From Lama glama (lineage: Eukaryota): DNA of 64,000 nucleotides. Both the position numbers and the translations under genes were made by a program. The DNA lies in contig CM052817.1 in the NCBI GenBank assembly GCA_028534125.1, positions 79,610,001 through 79,674,000 of the forward strand, in the 5' to 3' direction. Under the pieces are notes generated by a model. The model saw only the letters and a list, made by a program, of their open reading frames with translations, made no database searches and was not told the DNA's origin. This document shows, in pieces, positions 15,034 through 27,760 of the stretch (position 1 is its first letter; every line of letters starts with the position of its first letter).

Positions 15034-15324
15034 GTAAGATAAACCATCAATACTATCTTACTAGATTTAGAAATGTTTTGGTAATGCTAGAGAAAAAATT
15101 ATCTATAGTTGAGCACCACGAATGCTTAACAGCTAAACGTCTCTTAAATTTGAAATGTGACCATCCAGAAAAGGTTTCTCACTTACTCTTTTCAGTTTTT
15201 GAAGTTATTTTACTTTTTAAAGTTTTTCGCTTCCTAGATAGGAATGTCTGATTCAGAATTTCAATTGTAATGCTAAGGTTTTTGGTTTGGATAACTAGTT
15301 GCATTTGTCCTGGTGCTATCTTTA

Positions 15325-16360
15325 TTCATTTAGTCTATAAACATTTATTGTTTACTGTCTAGAAGGAGAATATGAATAGGGAAAGCAGGATCTCTGCCCT
15401 CAAGGAACTCTCAGTGCAGTGGGAAAGAGAGCAAAGTAGACTGCAGAGTGGAGTTACATGTATATCTGCATCTGTGTATGTAAATCCTGATACCTGATGC
15501 AGCCTAACTTTCCCTGTGCTGCTTAGAGGAGAAACTAATTTTCCAGATTGTACTTGGAGTTAGGAGTTCACCAGTGGGAGAGGAAAGGAAAGCTTGTCTT
15601 ATTTATCTCTGTATCTGAAGGCCTAGAACAGTCCCAGGCATACAGTAAGAACTAAATAAATATTTGCCAAATGAGAGAGAACATGAATGAATATATATGA
15701 TCACAGAGGTATAAGAAAAATACAGCAGCAGCTTTCATAAAAGAAACTAATGGGAAATAAGGCTGAATGATAGATAGGGTCTAATTACTGTTAATTGGGC
15801 GAATATGTTGGAATTGTATTTTAGAAGTAATGAAGAACCATTTATGAAGCCATTAAAGATTTAAATTGGTGGTGGGCATTGGCAGATGATAAGATCAGTT
15901 TATTAGAAAACCGCCCTTTTGGCAGGGTTATGGATAAGATTTAATTTTGCTAAATCCAGTACACAATTTTTTTCATTTCTCGTCTTACCGACCTCTGGTC
16001 CGCTTTCAATAACTCCTTAAAGTACTTTCTACTCTTTGTGTCCATGACATAATACTGCTCTTTCTTCTACTTCTCTGCCCCCTTCATCTTTATCTCCTGT
16101 TTAGGCACCTCCTTCTGCATACTGCATTAAATGATGGCTTACCTTACAGTTTCATTGTTGTTAAAAACTCAGATGTCTTTGACTTCTCTCTCTAAATCAC
16201 ATCTTCTTAGTGTATATTCCTAGTACTAAGTACCTCTCCTTCAGAAATTTTTGACTGTAGTAAGAATAAGCTCCATAAGGTCAGGTCCCATGTCTGTTTT
16301 TGTTTGTTACTCCATCCCAAAGCCTAGCATTTCACAGATAATTTGTTGAATGAATGAACG
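15325..16360. mobile_element. Cluster of L2 fragments in both orientations
   Basis: acatttattg...ctgccctcaaggaactc motif and tttgttgaatgaatgaa L2 tail. Confidence 0.55.
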
Positions 16361-16595
16361 GACCTGGATTTTCTTTTCCCTTCTCTCATTTTGCAGTTGC
16401 CCCCTTTCTGCTTTTTTCATTTGTCAAGTTAACTATTTCCTCTTAGATCCTGTCTAATTCTAATGCTACAGTTTTCTGGGAGTAATGTTTATTAAGCAAC
16501 AGGATGTTGCAGCTATTGAGGCTTACTTGCTAGTATAGTATAGCCTTACAGTTTTGATTTTAATTTTCTTTCTGCCTTGTCTTAATTATCAAAAG

Positions 16596-16807
16596 CTGTG
16601 CTGTTTTGGCTGAATTATAAGGCTGCCTATGACAATTGGAATGAACAGCGAATGGCCCTACATAAAGATATTCATATGGCTACAAAGGAAGTAGTAGATA
16701 TGCTGCCTGGTATCCAGCAAACATCAGCTCAGGCCTTTGGGACTCTCTTCCTCCAACTCACTGTGAATGATCTGGGAATCTGCCTGCCTATCACAAATAC
16801 CGCACAG
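16596..16807 (+). CDS. BLTP1: BLTP1 exon 7 AVLFWLNY...ITNTAQ
   Basis: Weak aaaag| acceptor and cag|gtatga donor; 212 nt, phase 1->0. Confidence 0.93.
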
Positions 16808-17898
16808 GTATGAAAAGTCAAATCATAGTCCATACTCATCATTGTTATGTATATAGAGTATAACAATGACTTTTCCACAATAACAGTTTATAACTGGAGT
16901 TTTAGTAAATAACAAGATTGAACTCTTTGAACTACTATTCATCCACAGTGTATTCAATATGAATCTCATGAAACTTTTCTGTGAAGCATTCTGATGTGCC
17001 TCAGAATAGTAATGAGATTGATAGCCATGTAATAAATCTTAATTTTTACCTTGGAAAATAAGTAGCTTAATTCTCAGAATTGTATTATTATTTTGTATTT
17101 AGCAAAGACATCTTTGGCATATACTTATTAATAAAATAGAAACAAAGGACATTTAATAAGAATACTATTTAATGATGTTTAATAATCTCAACTAAAATAG
17201 GGTAAGGAATTTCAAAATTCTTTTAAACTGTAATATTTAATGGTAATGAAACTTCCAAGTTATGTGTACTGGATAAAGGAAAAAATTTACCCTTTGTAAT
17301 TTAGTACCAGTACTCAGGAAGACATATTTGCATGCACATGTGTATGAGAGAAAAGGCCATGGGCCCCTAACAGGCCATGAAGTTACAATTATAACAAATA
17401 CAGAGATTTATATTTTACTGTTAGAATTTACCTTAAATAACCAGTAACTAGTTGTTGAATGAATCTATCTTTTAGTATTTAGTTTGGCAAGATAGTGTTA
17501 AGAAAAACTCTGGGTTGAGAGTTGGCAACATGATATGTTTGTGCTTCAGGAGTTGAAAAATGATATTTTAATGGCATGATGAACAGAACTCAGAAAGGTT
17601 GTATGCATCAGGGGTGGTGTCAAAATGAGAATGTTCCCCACAGCTAAAACAGAGGGTTGAGATAGAAAAGTAGATAATTAGCCTTATGCAAGTTTAGTTT
17701 TTTAAAAAATGTACATGGTGAATGCATTTCACTTGAGCAAAGTAATTTTTTAAAAGTAGGCATCCTTATAAGCTGCTTTTTAATGAAGCTCTCTAGGGTT
17801 GTCCCTTTCTAAATGTTTGATCCTATGAGTCATGTGAGATTTCCAAATTTTAAAAGTTGTCACCTTTTGTCTCATTTCTTCTTTAATATATTTTGCAG

Positions 17899-18097
17899 TC
17901 TAATCATACTGGAGACCTTGACACTGGTTCTGCTTTAGTACTGACCATTGAAAGTACTCTCATCACTGCTTGTTCTTCAGAATCTCTAGTTAGTAAAGGG
18001 CATTTCAAAAACTTTTGTATCCGTTTTGCTGATGGCTTTGAGACATCATGGGATGACTGGAAACCAGAAATTCGTGGGGACCTGGTGATGAATGCCT
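17899..18097 (+). CDS. BLTP1: BLTP1 exon 8 SNHTGDLD...DLVMNAC
   Basis: ttgcag| and cct|gtgagt; 199 nt, phase 0->1. Confidence 0.95.
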
Positions 18098-20473
18098 GTG
18101 AGTGTCTTTTATCTTCTGTATGAGGTTTAGAATTTTTAAAAAGTAAAAGATAACTCCAGTGTCTTCATTAGTTAAACTAAATAATGTCCAGATGTAGGAA
18201 TGTTATTGAACTTTGTGAAATAAAGCCTATTTCTAATTAAAGATACCAGAACATATTTGATAAAAACTGCAGCTTTCCGTAGTTTTGGTAAGTAAACCAA
18301 CTAGATATTCTTTTTGATGGTAATAGCATCTGAAGTTTTGTTTATGCCCTGATTTTTCCTGTAATTGATCATGAATGACCAGGTAAAGCATCTTTTTCCT
18401 GTGAGGATCTTGAAAGAAAGTGATAAATGTGTAAGATCCAGTTCATCCTATAACATAGTATTGGATAACCAGGAGCAGGAACTCCAGCCATAATTATTAT
18501 TGACATGAATAAATTCACATGTCCAAATTTGTAGGATACAGAGTGTAACACGTGTGAATTCCTCTGATTCCATAATACTCAAGGTTGGAAATAACTAAAG
18601 CTGTGTTTTTATGCTATTTTGAAGGTACAGGGGTTTATTTTTATTTTAATATTTTAAATATAACAGAGTTGATAAAACATCATTAATCTTAACAGTGAAG
18701 AGAAATTATATTTGAGGAATTAAAGATTGTGAACTAAAATTCCTCAGCCAGTCTGTAAACCAGAATTAATGCTTAATTATTCCTCAGAAGGTGGTATGCC
18801 ATTGTTCAGCAATTTTTTTCCCCTCTCCACTAGAAGAAAATCTTTCTAGTGCTGGGTTTTATTTGAGAACTGGGAAAATGTTCCATTATTTTTACATCAA
18901 AAATTGAAGTTTTAGCATTCAGTGTTGACTAAAATTTAGATAATACTTTAGGTGAAATTCTTGGTTTTGAATGCTTTGCATTTAGATAATTCATAGGTAA
19001 AATACTAGTATTTCCGTTAAACATTTCAGGTTACCAAGAAGACTTGGTATCAGAGTACTCATGCCTAACACCCAAAAGACCAAAAATAGCCTTCATCAGG
19101 AATCTTACAAATAATCATTTTACATGGTAGTTATATACATTTTTAAAATTCACTATTACTCTCTTTTGTTTGTGTGTGTTTTTTTTCCTTAAAATAAATG
19201 TAAACCTACTAATTTTTATGAAGGTGACATTTGTTGTCATTATAGTTGTATTGGATAAAATATATTTGGAAGCAAAGGAAGGGTATCATTTCCTTAACAG
19301 TTTAAACAAAGGGAAATGCATAAGACATGTGCCTCTAACTCAAAAGAAAAAACACAGACTAAAAAACATGAACACTGGCTCAGCTCCTCAGTGTATATTA
19401 GACCAACAAAGTAGAACACTAATGTGCTGATAATCATGATAATCATAATTTATTTTGTGTTTTGGAGGGTATCAAGTGACTTGTTTTTGTAAAATGCATA
19501 TTATTTAGTGCCTTGGGAGAGTGGCAAAGGAAATGAGTAGAGTAGTTGTTGACATAATGATAAGAATTCCAAATGATAAGTTTGCCAAGGTAGTTTGCTA
19601 CTTTGTAGTTTTTATTAGTTTTTATTGGGTACAACTGACATTTAATTTTTTAAGGAAAGAGAATTGAGTTTAGGGCAAAAAAATAAGTAAAAGTAAGATT
19701 ATGCCTTAGGCTTTTTTTTTTTTTTTACAGATTATTTAAAAATTATGCCCTAGAAAAAAGACAGCCCAATTTAATTTCCTCTCTAGGTGACATTGTTTTT
19801 TGGGAAATGTAATAAAAATTAGGAAAGATGATCTGTAGGAAGGGTTCAATGGACCATGTAAGTAGATAGTAAAGATTAGACCCTTTTTATTAACATGTAT
19901 TTACAAACCATTGAAAGTTTGAAAAATTCCAAGCTTTCTGTTAACACCTGGGTAACATTTGGTTGTAACAGCAAGAAAATTGCCATCCTGGATTCTGGCT
20001 GGTCCAGTGCAGGGACCACAGGTACCATGGGGAAGAGCCTAATGGGCTTCTATCATCTCATCACTTTTAGGATTTGGATCTAGTCCTAAAAATTTTAATG
20101 TTCCTTGTTAATTCATTATGGCTCTGTATTCTGTAAATTTATATAATTTTTTTAACTTAATTTTTAAAAATTCTCTGGCACTTCTGGGGATTGGAAGTCC
20201 CCAAAGTTTTCTATCCTTTTTGAATTTACTAGTTCTTCCTTTCACTTGGCCTTAGTTATTCTACTCCTGTTCAAGGGTTTTCTTTTTATTGTAGAGTTGT
20301 TAGATTTGAAAGGGTAATGTGGGGTTTTTTTTGCTCTGATTTATAACCATGCTATTAAAGGTGAATTGGGCAATCTTTTACCCCAAGATCTAGTTCTTTT
20401 TTATAATTTGTGTGTGAGGCACAAGTACCATATGTTTCAAAAATATAATTTAGATTTTAAAGTTATTGGCATT

Positions 20474-20581
20474 GGGGAGGGTATAACTGTGGTAAAGCAT
20501 GAGCATGGATGAGATCCTGAGTTCAATCCCCAGGACGTCCATTAAAAATAAATAAACCTAATTACCCCAAAAATTTAAAAA
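20474..20581 (+). mobile_element. Camelid vic-1-type tRNA-derived SINE (shortened) with 16-bp TSD
   Basis: ggggagggtata...gttcaatcccc...aaataaacctaattacc; TAAAGTTATTGGCATT at both 20458-20473 and 20582-20597. Confidence 0.85.
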
Positions 20582-21281
20582 TAAAGTTATTGGCATTACT
20601 CTTAAAATATAATAGGAATTGTCATTTAATAGATGCTTTTCCCCAGAATACATTATAGCATTTCTATAACTCACATTTGAGTAACAGTTGAATACTAGTT
20701 TAGGTTATGGAGTGAACTGCAAAAAGACATTTCATTTAAGGTGTACGTAATGTCAGGTTCAGATTGAAATTGGGTTTCCATTAAAGATTACTGAGAAAGG
20801 GTCTTAATTCTGTCTTTAGACTTTACTTTGTTTAAAAGTTGTTTCAAAGATGGTATGTCTTTGCTGATTAAAATTGTTGATTTAATTAGCCTTTCTTTTT
20901 AAGCTGGGGTTATCTGATTAAAGCTAAGTAGTAGTAAATGTTTCAAAGTTAAAGTCGGATATGTTCTGGGGATAGGTCATGACCTTAGGAGACTGACCTT
21001 ATTAGACTGACAGTATGGCAGTCAGTCATCTTTTTCTCATAAAATGATCCTTGACAAAGTAAAACATAAGGCTGGTGAGTCATGTCTGTTACCTAATGTG
21101 GCAGTTCTTAGTTATCAAAAAATCATTTTTAAATCATTTACATTCTCAAAGTGCCATTCACTCGTAATGGCACAAATTGTCGTAGCATCAGGAAACTACA
21201 CTTTCAAAGTTGGCCAGTTATTGTCACTCAGATAAGGAAATCACATGCAGAATGTAAAGCTAAAGCTGCAGTTAAATTCTT

Positions 21282-21337
21282 TTTCTTTCTTTACTGAAAT
21301 ATAGTTGATTTATGATATTATATTAGTTTCAGGTGTA
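21282..21337 (-). mobile_element. Extremely 5'-truncated L1 3' end with 15-bp imperfect TSD
   Basis: tttactgaaatatagttgatttat...tttcaggtgta, flanked by tgcagttaaattctt and tgcagttaggttctt. Confidence 0.7.
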
Positions 21338-21567
21338 TGCAGTTAGGTTCTTAAAAATCAATAAGACTAAAATACTGTGAGATACAAAATAGGAATTACA
21401 AGTTATCTAAAGCAGTCCTTTCATTCCCCACATGAGAACTGAAACTTGGAGAGGCCACTGATCCTATTTATATTTAGATAATCATCTTTGGGTGAAAAAT
21501 TGCAGTACAATATGTTATCGCAAGCATAATTTTATTGAAGATTATTTTGGGGGTGATTTTTGTGCAG

Positions 21568-21627
21568 GTGTAGTTCCAGATGGTACCTATGAAGTATGTT
21601 CCAGGACTACAGGACAAGCAGCTGCTG
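21568..21627 (+). CDS. BLTP1: BLTP1 exon 9 VVPDGTYEVCSRTTGQAAA
   Basis: gtgcag| and ctg|gtaagt; 60 nt, phase 1->1. Confidence 0.93.
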
Positions 21628-22719
21628 GTAAGTTCGCATTTGGTATTACTTTTGCTATATATGTCAGGTTGGATCTGCTTTTGCATCTATTTTTTCTGCC
21701 TTTGTATCAAAGGATCTTTTAACTAAACAAATTCTGGTATTCCTTAATGTTTAAAAACTATTTTGCAATAATATTAGCATATTTTTATTTAGCAATACAT
21801 TAGACACCATCAGTGTACAATATACAGTACAAAATGTTTTGGGAAAGACAAAGATGATTAAGATATACTTTCTATGCTCTATAAATTTAAATTCGAATAA
21901 TGGAGTTAGGGCCCTGTGACATAACTGAACTGCAATAAGTGATAAGTTCAATAAAATATAAAATTCCAATTGCTGGTGAAATTTACAGGAGAGAGAAATT
22001 TCCAAATTTTGAAGGATACTGAGATGAGAGAAAGCTTTATAGAACAAGCACTTAAATAAGGACTTGAAAGATGAATAAAATTATTTCTTAAGCAAAAACT
22101 GGAAAATACGAATAGAAAAAAATCAGGCAGAGAGAATAATACGTGTCATGATGTCAAAACACAATGTCTAGCTAGAGTTGTTCAAATTGGCTAGAATAGA
22201 ATTATATGAAAAAAGGATGGGAAAAAGCTTAAGTCCAAATTAAGAGTTTGGACTTGATTTGGTGGACAATGAGAAAGCCACTGAATTTTTCTGAACAAGA
22301 AAGTAGATGGTGACAGTATCAAAGGGACAGGGGTCAGGGGAGAAAAACCCAGGAACCTGGTTAGGACATAACTATGGATATAATAACCTGTCTTGACTGA
22401 GTGTAAATTTGTATTATTTTGCCTGGTATAAAATTAGGGTATGCTAAACAAGATATTTATTTAAGAGCTCTTAAAATGTTGAGAAGGGTAGAAGCTGATT
22501 AAGATTAGGAGATTTCCTCTCTCTCCTTACTATTCCCTCTTATCCTCCCAAGCCTAGTCTCAGGACTCATCATAAGTAAATTGTCTCAGAAAGTAGCAAG
22601 GCCTGCAGTCCCCACTGACAGAGAACTGAAAAGCTTAGGAAATTTCCAGCAGTAATGTTAGAAGGAAAAGGTGATGACTGAGGTAAATACATACTGGGAG
22701 AAAGGTCACATTAAAGTCT

Positions 22720-23260
22720 TTGTCAGGACTCTTGTTTATTAGTGACAACAACCCACTCCAACTAGCTTAACCAAAAGGGGAAACCTCTTAAAAGAATATT
22801 GGCAGATCACAGTTAAACTTAACAATAGCTATCTCAGGGAAGAGAAGGAACCAGGGCAATGGAGGGGCCCTGAGGAACCACTGGAAACGATCTCAGCTGC
22901 CACCTGGGCTCTTTCCAGCTCTTGTCTTTGCTTCTGTCTGGCTGCTTCATTTTTCCTTACTGCTGACCTCCTTACACATGGCAGGAAACATGGCTGCCAA
23001 CAGCTCATGAGCCTCATTTTCCCACCCTCAGTCACTAGAGAGGGACCAGTCTTTTCTCAAGTCCAGGGGAGGAGTCTTAGTTTTCCAACTTTGACCCTTA
23101 CCTGAACTAATTATCTAATTCATTCTGGTGCATGAGGGAGGGTCATGCCAATTCCTGCTATAGCCATAGGAAGGTAGATCAGCTTGAGGGCTGGGGGGAG
23201 GACGGAATCCACAGGGCACAGGAGCAAGAAGGGTGCTGCACAGAGGGCACCACAGATATG
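22720..23260. mobile_element. Old MaLR (MLT1-like) LTR remnant
   Basis: gtgacaacaacccactccaactagcttaaccaaaagggg and catggcaggaaacatggctgcc motifs. Confidence 0.5.
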
Positions 23261-23422
23261 ATAGGGAAATCAATCCCATAATCTGATGTTTCTGACAGAT
23301 CTAGCTGGGAGAGACATTAATCATTACACAGGGCCATTGTCCATTTTAATCCTTGAATGTAGAATTATTTAAATTTCTATACTCAGGTCTTAACCAAAAA
23401 TGCCACTTCTTTATTTAAACAG

Positions 23423-23649
23423 AAAGTAGTAGTGCTGGAACCTGGACACTCAATGTATTGTGGAAAATGTGTGGGATTGATGTCCACATGGATCCTAACA
23501 TTGGCAAAAGACTCAATGCTCTGGGCAATACCCTTACGACACTGACAGGAGAGGAGGACATAGATGACATTGCTGATCTAAATTCAGTGAACATAGCTGA
23601 CCTGTCAGATGAGGATGAAGTTGACACTATGTCTCCCACTATCCATACT
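23423..23649 (+). CDS. BLTP1: BLTP1 exon 10 ESSSAGTW...MSPTIHT
   Basis: aaacag| and act|gtaagt; 227 nt, phase 1->0. Confidence 0.95.
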
Positions 23650-23894
23650 GTAAGTAAACCCACTGTTAGATTTTTTCAGGACTGGATTTTACCCTAAGAA
23701 AGGGATATTACTAAGTCAGTGTTATTTGCTGTAGTTGCTAATTGAGGAAGGAAGGGAATGGTGGTTTTCTGTGTATACATTAATATAATACTGTTTTTTA
23801 CTTTCATAATATTGTCTTTCAATTGAGTTCCTTGTTTTATAATCTACCAACCAAATTGTACATTAACCTACAGGTAATGTATTAACATTGAAAG

Positions 23895-24157
23895 CAAAGT
23901 GCAAACAAATTTTTAGGGACAGAAAGTAGATTAGTGGTTGCCTAGGGCTGGGAGAGTCTGAAAGGTTGGGAGGGGGAATGGGAAGAGACTGATAACAGTT
24001 ATAAAGTTTGTTTGGGAGGTGGGGGGTGAAAACGTTCTGAATAGATTCTGATAACGATTCCACAGCTTTGTGAATATACTAGAAACTACTGAATTAATAC
24101 ATTTTAAATGGGTGAATTTATGGCATGTGAATTCTATCTCAGGAACTATGTTTAAAA
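23895..24157 (+). mobile_element. L1MB-like 3' end
   Basis: gacagaaagtagattagtggttgcctagggctggg...tttaaatgggtgaatttatggcatgtgaattctatctca. Confidence 0.8.
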
Positions 24158-24404
24158 ATGGATGTCAAAAGCAAAGAGCATGCACACAAAATGAAGTATA
24201 CATTTAAAAATATGTATTTCCATCTATACTGCACATATTCTTTAGTATCAGATTATTTGGTAGTTAAAAAGAAAGTTTCTCTCTGCTTTTATTCCAGTAT
24301 TGATTTAAAAAGATTTTTGAAACATCTTTTAACTATTGTATTATGAAATAGTTTTGTTCTTGGAAAGAAATTTTTAAAAATTAATGTTACTGTTTATCAT
24401 TTAG

Positions 24405-24605
24405 AGTTCAGATGGAAGTTCAGTAAGTGGAGATGGCCACAAGCTCACCTTTGGGCAGCGACTTGTAAATCACCTACTAGGCCTGAGGCGCCCACATCAG
24501 CGCTATTCTGTTCCTGCAGAGTATCTGTGTGACCCCGAGATGGGGGCCTCCCCTCAGTCTAGCCAGTCCCATTTGAAAGCATGCAGAGCTCACTCATGGG
24601 GAAAC
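24405..24605 (+). CDS. BLTP1: Candidate alternative cassette exon of BLTP1, 67 aa SSDGSSVSGDGHKLTFGQRLVNHLLGLRRPHQRYSVPAEYLCDPEMGASPQSSQSHLKACRAHSWGN
   Basis: catttag| acceptor, aac|gtaggt donor. 201 nt, stop-free, phase 0->0 inside a phase-0 intron. GC content is sharply higher than in the flanks. Confidence 0.68.
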
Positions 24606-24798
24606 GTAGGTAGCAACTAAATAGATTCCTTATGAAAATGAAGGGATTCGAATCACTGGAGAATTCCAATCATCTTACTTAATATAGATGGCTTTGATTC
24701 TTGCATGCTTCCTTGATTTAAGGTGTTTTTTCTGTGATAGTATAGATTTGCTGTGTGACCTGAGGGTGTTACTGACAGACATGCTTTTGATTTTTCAG

Positions 24799-24929
24799 GA
24801 AGCTGTAGATTATCGAAGACAAGGAGCATCTTGTAGCCAGCCAGGAGAACTTAGAGGAAGAAAAATCATGAAACGTATAGTGGATATCAGAGAGCTGAAT
24901 GAACAGGCCAAAGTAATAGATGATCTTAA
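24799..24929 (+). CDS. BLTP1: BLTP1 exon 11 EAVDYRRQ...VIDDLK
   Basis: tttcag| and taa|gtatgt; 131 nt, phase 0->2. Confidence 0.95.
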
Positions 24930-26193
24930 GTATGTATAATGATTTTTAATTTAATATAGTATTCCCTAATAATAGAATCAGAATTTTAAATGTGAAGGAA
25001 ACTGGATTTGTGCCAGTACAACTCCTTTAGTTTATAAGTGAGATCACGAAGGTCAAGAGAAGTTTGGTGATTTGTCTGGGAACATACACTCATTAGTGAT
25101 AAAGTCAGAAGTCCTAGCCCAGTGCTCATCACAACTTCATTTTTGAACAGTTTATGACTGATTTTATGTCACATGCATGCATCTCTACGTCTGTGTACAT
25201 ACATGTGTCTTCATGTATGTATATAAATACATGTGTCAGTATTTTGGTAATATTACTGTTGTGGGAATGCAGATTTTTAAGAGGGGAAACAACTTTCGAA
25301 TTTATTAAGCACCTATTGTGATTCTGACATATTACCTCAATTTAATCCTCCCATCATTTCTGTGAAGTTAGATGGCATTATCCAAACTTTATAGATGAGA
25401 AAACTGGCTTGAAGAGGTTAAAGAACTGGAATTTGAACTTGTGTTTGTCTGCATTCAAATTTCATGCTCTTCTTGCCTGCTTATATTAGCAGTTTCCTAG
25501 AACTGATGCGAGGGTAGAGTGAGTCAAGAGAAGGGAGTAGGTGGTAGGAGTTTTTTTCTTTGTCTGTTGCCTACTAGATAGTACTGACCAGGTAACACTT
25601 CCTCTGTAAGACTAAATATTCTTCTTGCCAAACTTTGAGATTTTTGTTTCCCCAAAAGGTGATAGTTGTGTCTCATCTTTTCTAATTTTATTACCCCTGT
25701 GTCTGTGTTTCTCTTGCATTCAAGGGTTACACAAATGTATGCATTGTAAATGAAGGTATTCCCTAAAAACTTGTCTGTAAATTACTTATGATACAGTGAT
25801 TCACATTTTCCTGTTGACTTACATTACAGTTTGAGTTTTGTTCTCAGGGGAAAAAATGACTTGAAGCAAAATATACTTCCTCCCTAAATCTTACCTGGGG
25901 CTTAAATTATATGTAGAATTTTACATACAGATAGTCTTCTGCAGAGTGGGTCCATAGCTTTCATGAGATTATTAAAAAGACTTTTGATGTAGAAATAGGT
26001 AAGACATTTCCTAAAATGTTAGTGAAGCTTTTTTATAGTTCTCTGGATATGAGTGTTAACTCTGGAGGATTTTGGTCTGTTCATACATAATCTTTGATAT
26101 TCTGATAAGTGAAAGAATTAAAAAGGAGCAAATAAAAATCACTCTCACTTTGTCACCTCCTTATGCTAATTGCCACATTTGTTTTGCATCCAG

Positions 26194-26317
26194 AAAATTA
26201 GGTGCAAGTGAAGGAACCATAAACCAGGAAATTCAACGTTATCAACAGTTAGAATCTGTTGCCGTGAATGACATTAGAAGAGATGTTCGTAAAAAATTAC
26301 GGAGGTCCAGTATGCGA
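26194..26317 (+). CDS. BLTP1: BLTP1 exon 12 KLGASEGT...LRRSSMR
   Basis: atccag| and cga|gtgagt; 124 nt, phase 2->0. Confidence 0.95.
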
Positions 26318-26429
26318 GTGAGTAAACATTTAAGGAGAATTTTATTAAAGTAGACTGTTTAAAATTTTTACTTTATGAAATTTTATGATGATACTTATGT
26401 TGTTCTCTTTCTTCCTCCATTGCTGGTGA

Positions 26430-26685
26430 TAACACTTGATTTGCATATCCCATATCTACTATGTACCGAGCACTATTTAAAGTACGTTACATTTAACAAT
26501 CCATTAAATCCTTAAAACAACCCTACATGGTAGCTTGTATTATTTTCCCCGTTGTAAAGATGAAGCAACTGAGGCACAGAGAGGTGAAGTCATTTGACCA
26601 AGGTTATACAGCGAGCAATCCCCGTGGAGCCAAGATTCAAACCTAAACAGTGGAACTCTACAGTATATGTCCTTAGCCACTGTGT
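26430..26685 (-). mobile_element. Near full-length MIR SINE
   Basis: aacaaccct...agatgaagcaactgaggcacagagaggtgaagtcatttgaccaaggt...gattcaaacct. Confidence 0.85.
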
Positions 26686-27655
26686 TTTGTCTGCCTTTCA
26701 TAAAGTCATGCTTTCTTTTTTATATCTAACTCAAATGTGAAATCTTTTGAGATGTCCATTCTACCCCATCCCACTTTCCATAACTGACTACTCTTGCCAC
26801 TACGTACTCTCAGCACTTTATGTTAATTAACTGCATATTTAGTTGTCCTTACTAGAGTTTGAGTCTCTTAAAGGAAAAGTTATTTAGCTTTGACCTTACT
26901 GTCTACCACATTGTCTGGATTGAGTCCAGTTACTAAACAACTGAAATAAATATATAGATAAATATACTATTAAAACACAGTAGAAAATAATTCTAAAACT
27001 TATTCAAATGGAGGTAGGTTCCTTTGGGTCAAAGTGGTCTTGTTAGTAGAAAAACTAGTAAGTGGGTTCTTAGATATACATATATATTTATATTCATATT
27101 TATATATAATATTTTCAGCACACCCTTCATCTTTTGTTTTATTTTTACCAGAATAAGGTTTTTGGGTGGCACACCAGTACATAAAAACAGATAAAAATCA
27201 GAGCTGCTAAGGTCAAAGGAAGGGGGAGAGGTTGCAGGGATCCAGGATTCATTGTCTTGAATTTTCTTTGCTTGGTCACCACCAAATTCCCAGCAACCTC
27301 ATTTGAATACCGTTCTAAATTATTTAAATTAAGAATAAAATTCAATTTGAGCTACTAATAACTGGCTTCTGATAGTACTAAATGGATAGTGATGACCTGT
27401 AATGCATAACTCTGTTTAAAAATTTTGCCACTATGTACTTCACAGTCATACAATAAAACTAAAATATTGCTTGCATACTGTTTATAAGGTAGGTTATACT
27501 TAGTAATTGACTGTTAAAAATAAAACTAGGTAGAGAAAATTAGGGAAATTACTGAAATTACATGTGTGTTCTTAACATTTGTCTCATTTGGTATTTCCTC
27601 CTCAATTGGTTTAGACTTTAAATCTCCATTGTATTAGAATCTTTTTTGTATCTAG

Positions 27656-27760
27656 GCCCCCAGCTACAAATTTGGAGAAGAGGGATTTGGAGACAAGAAG
27701 GGTGTTTCAGTCACCACTTCCTTTCCTGTCCTGACTTCTGTCACAGGGTGCCCTGGAGTG
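27656..27760 (+). CDS. BLTP1: Candidate alternative cassette exon, 35 aa APSYKFGEEGFGDKKGVSVTTSFPVLTSVTGCPGV
   Basis: ctttttgtatctag| acceptor and weak gtg|gttggt donor. 105 nt, stop-free, phase 0->0 in a phase-0 intron, with a purine-rich exon-like 5' half. Confidence 0.35.
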
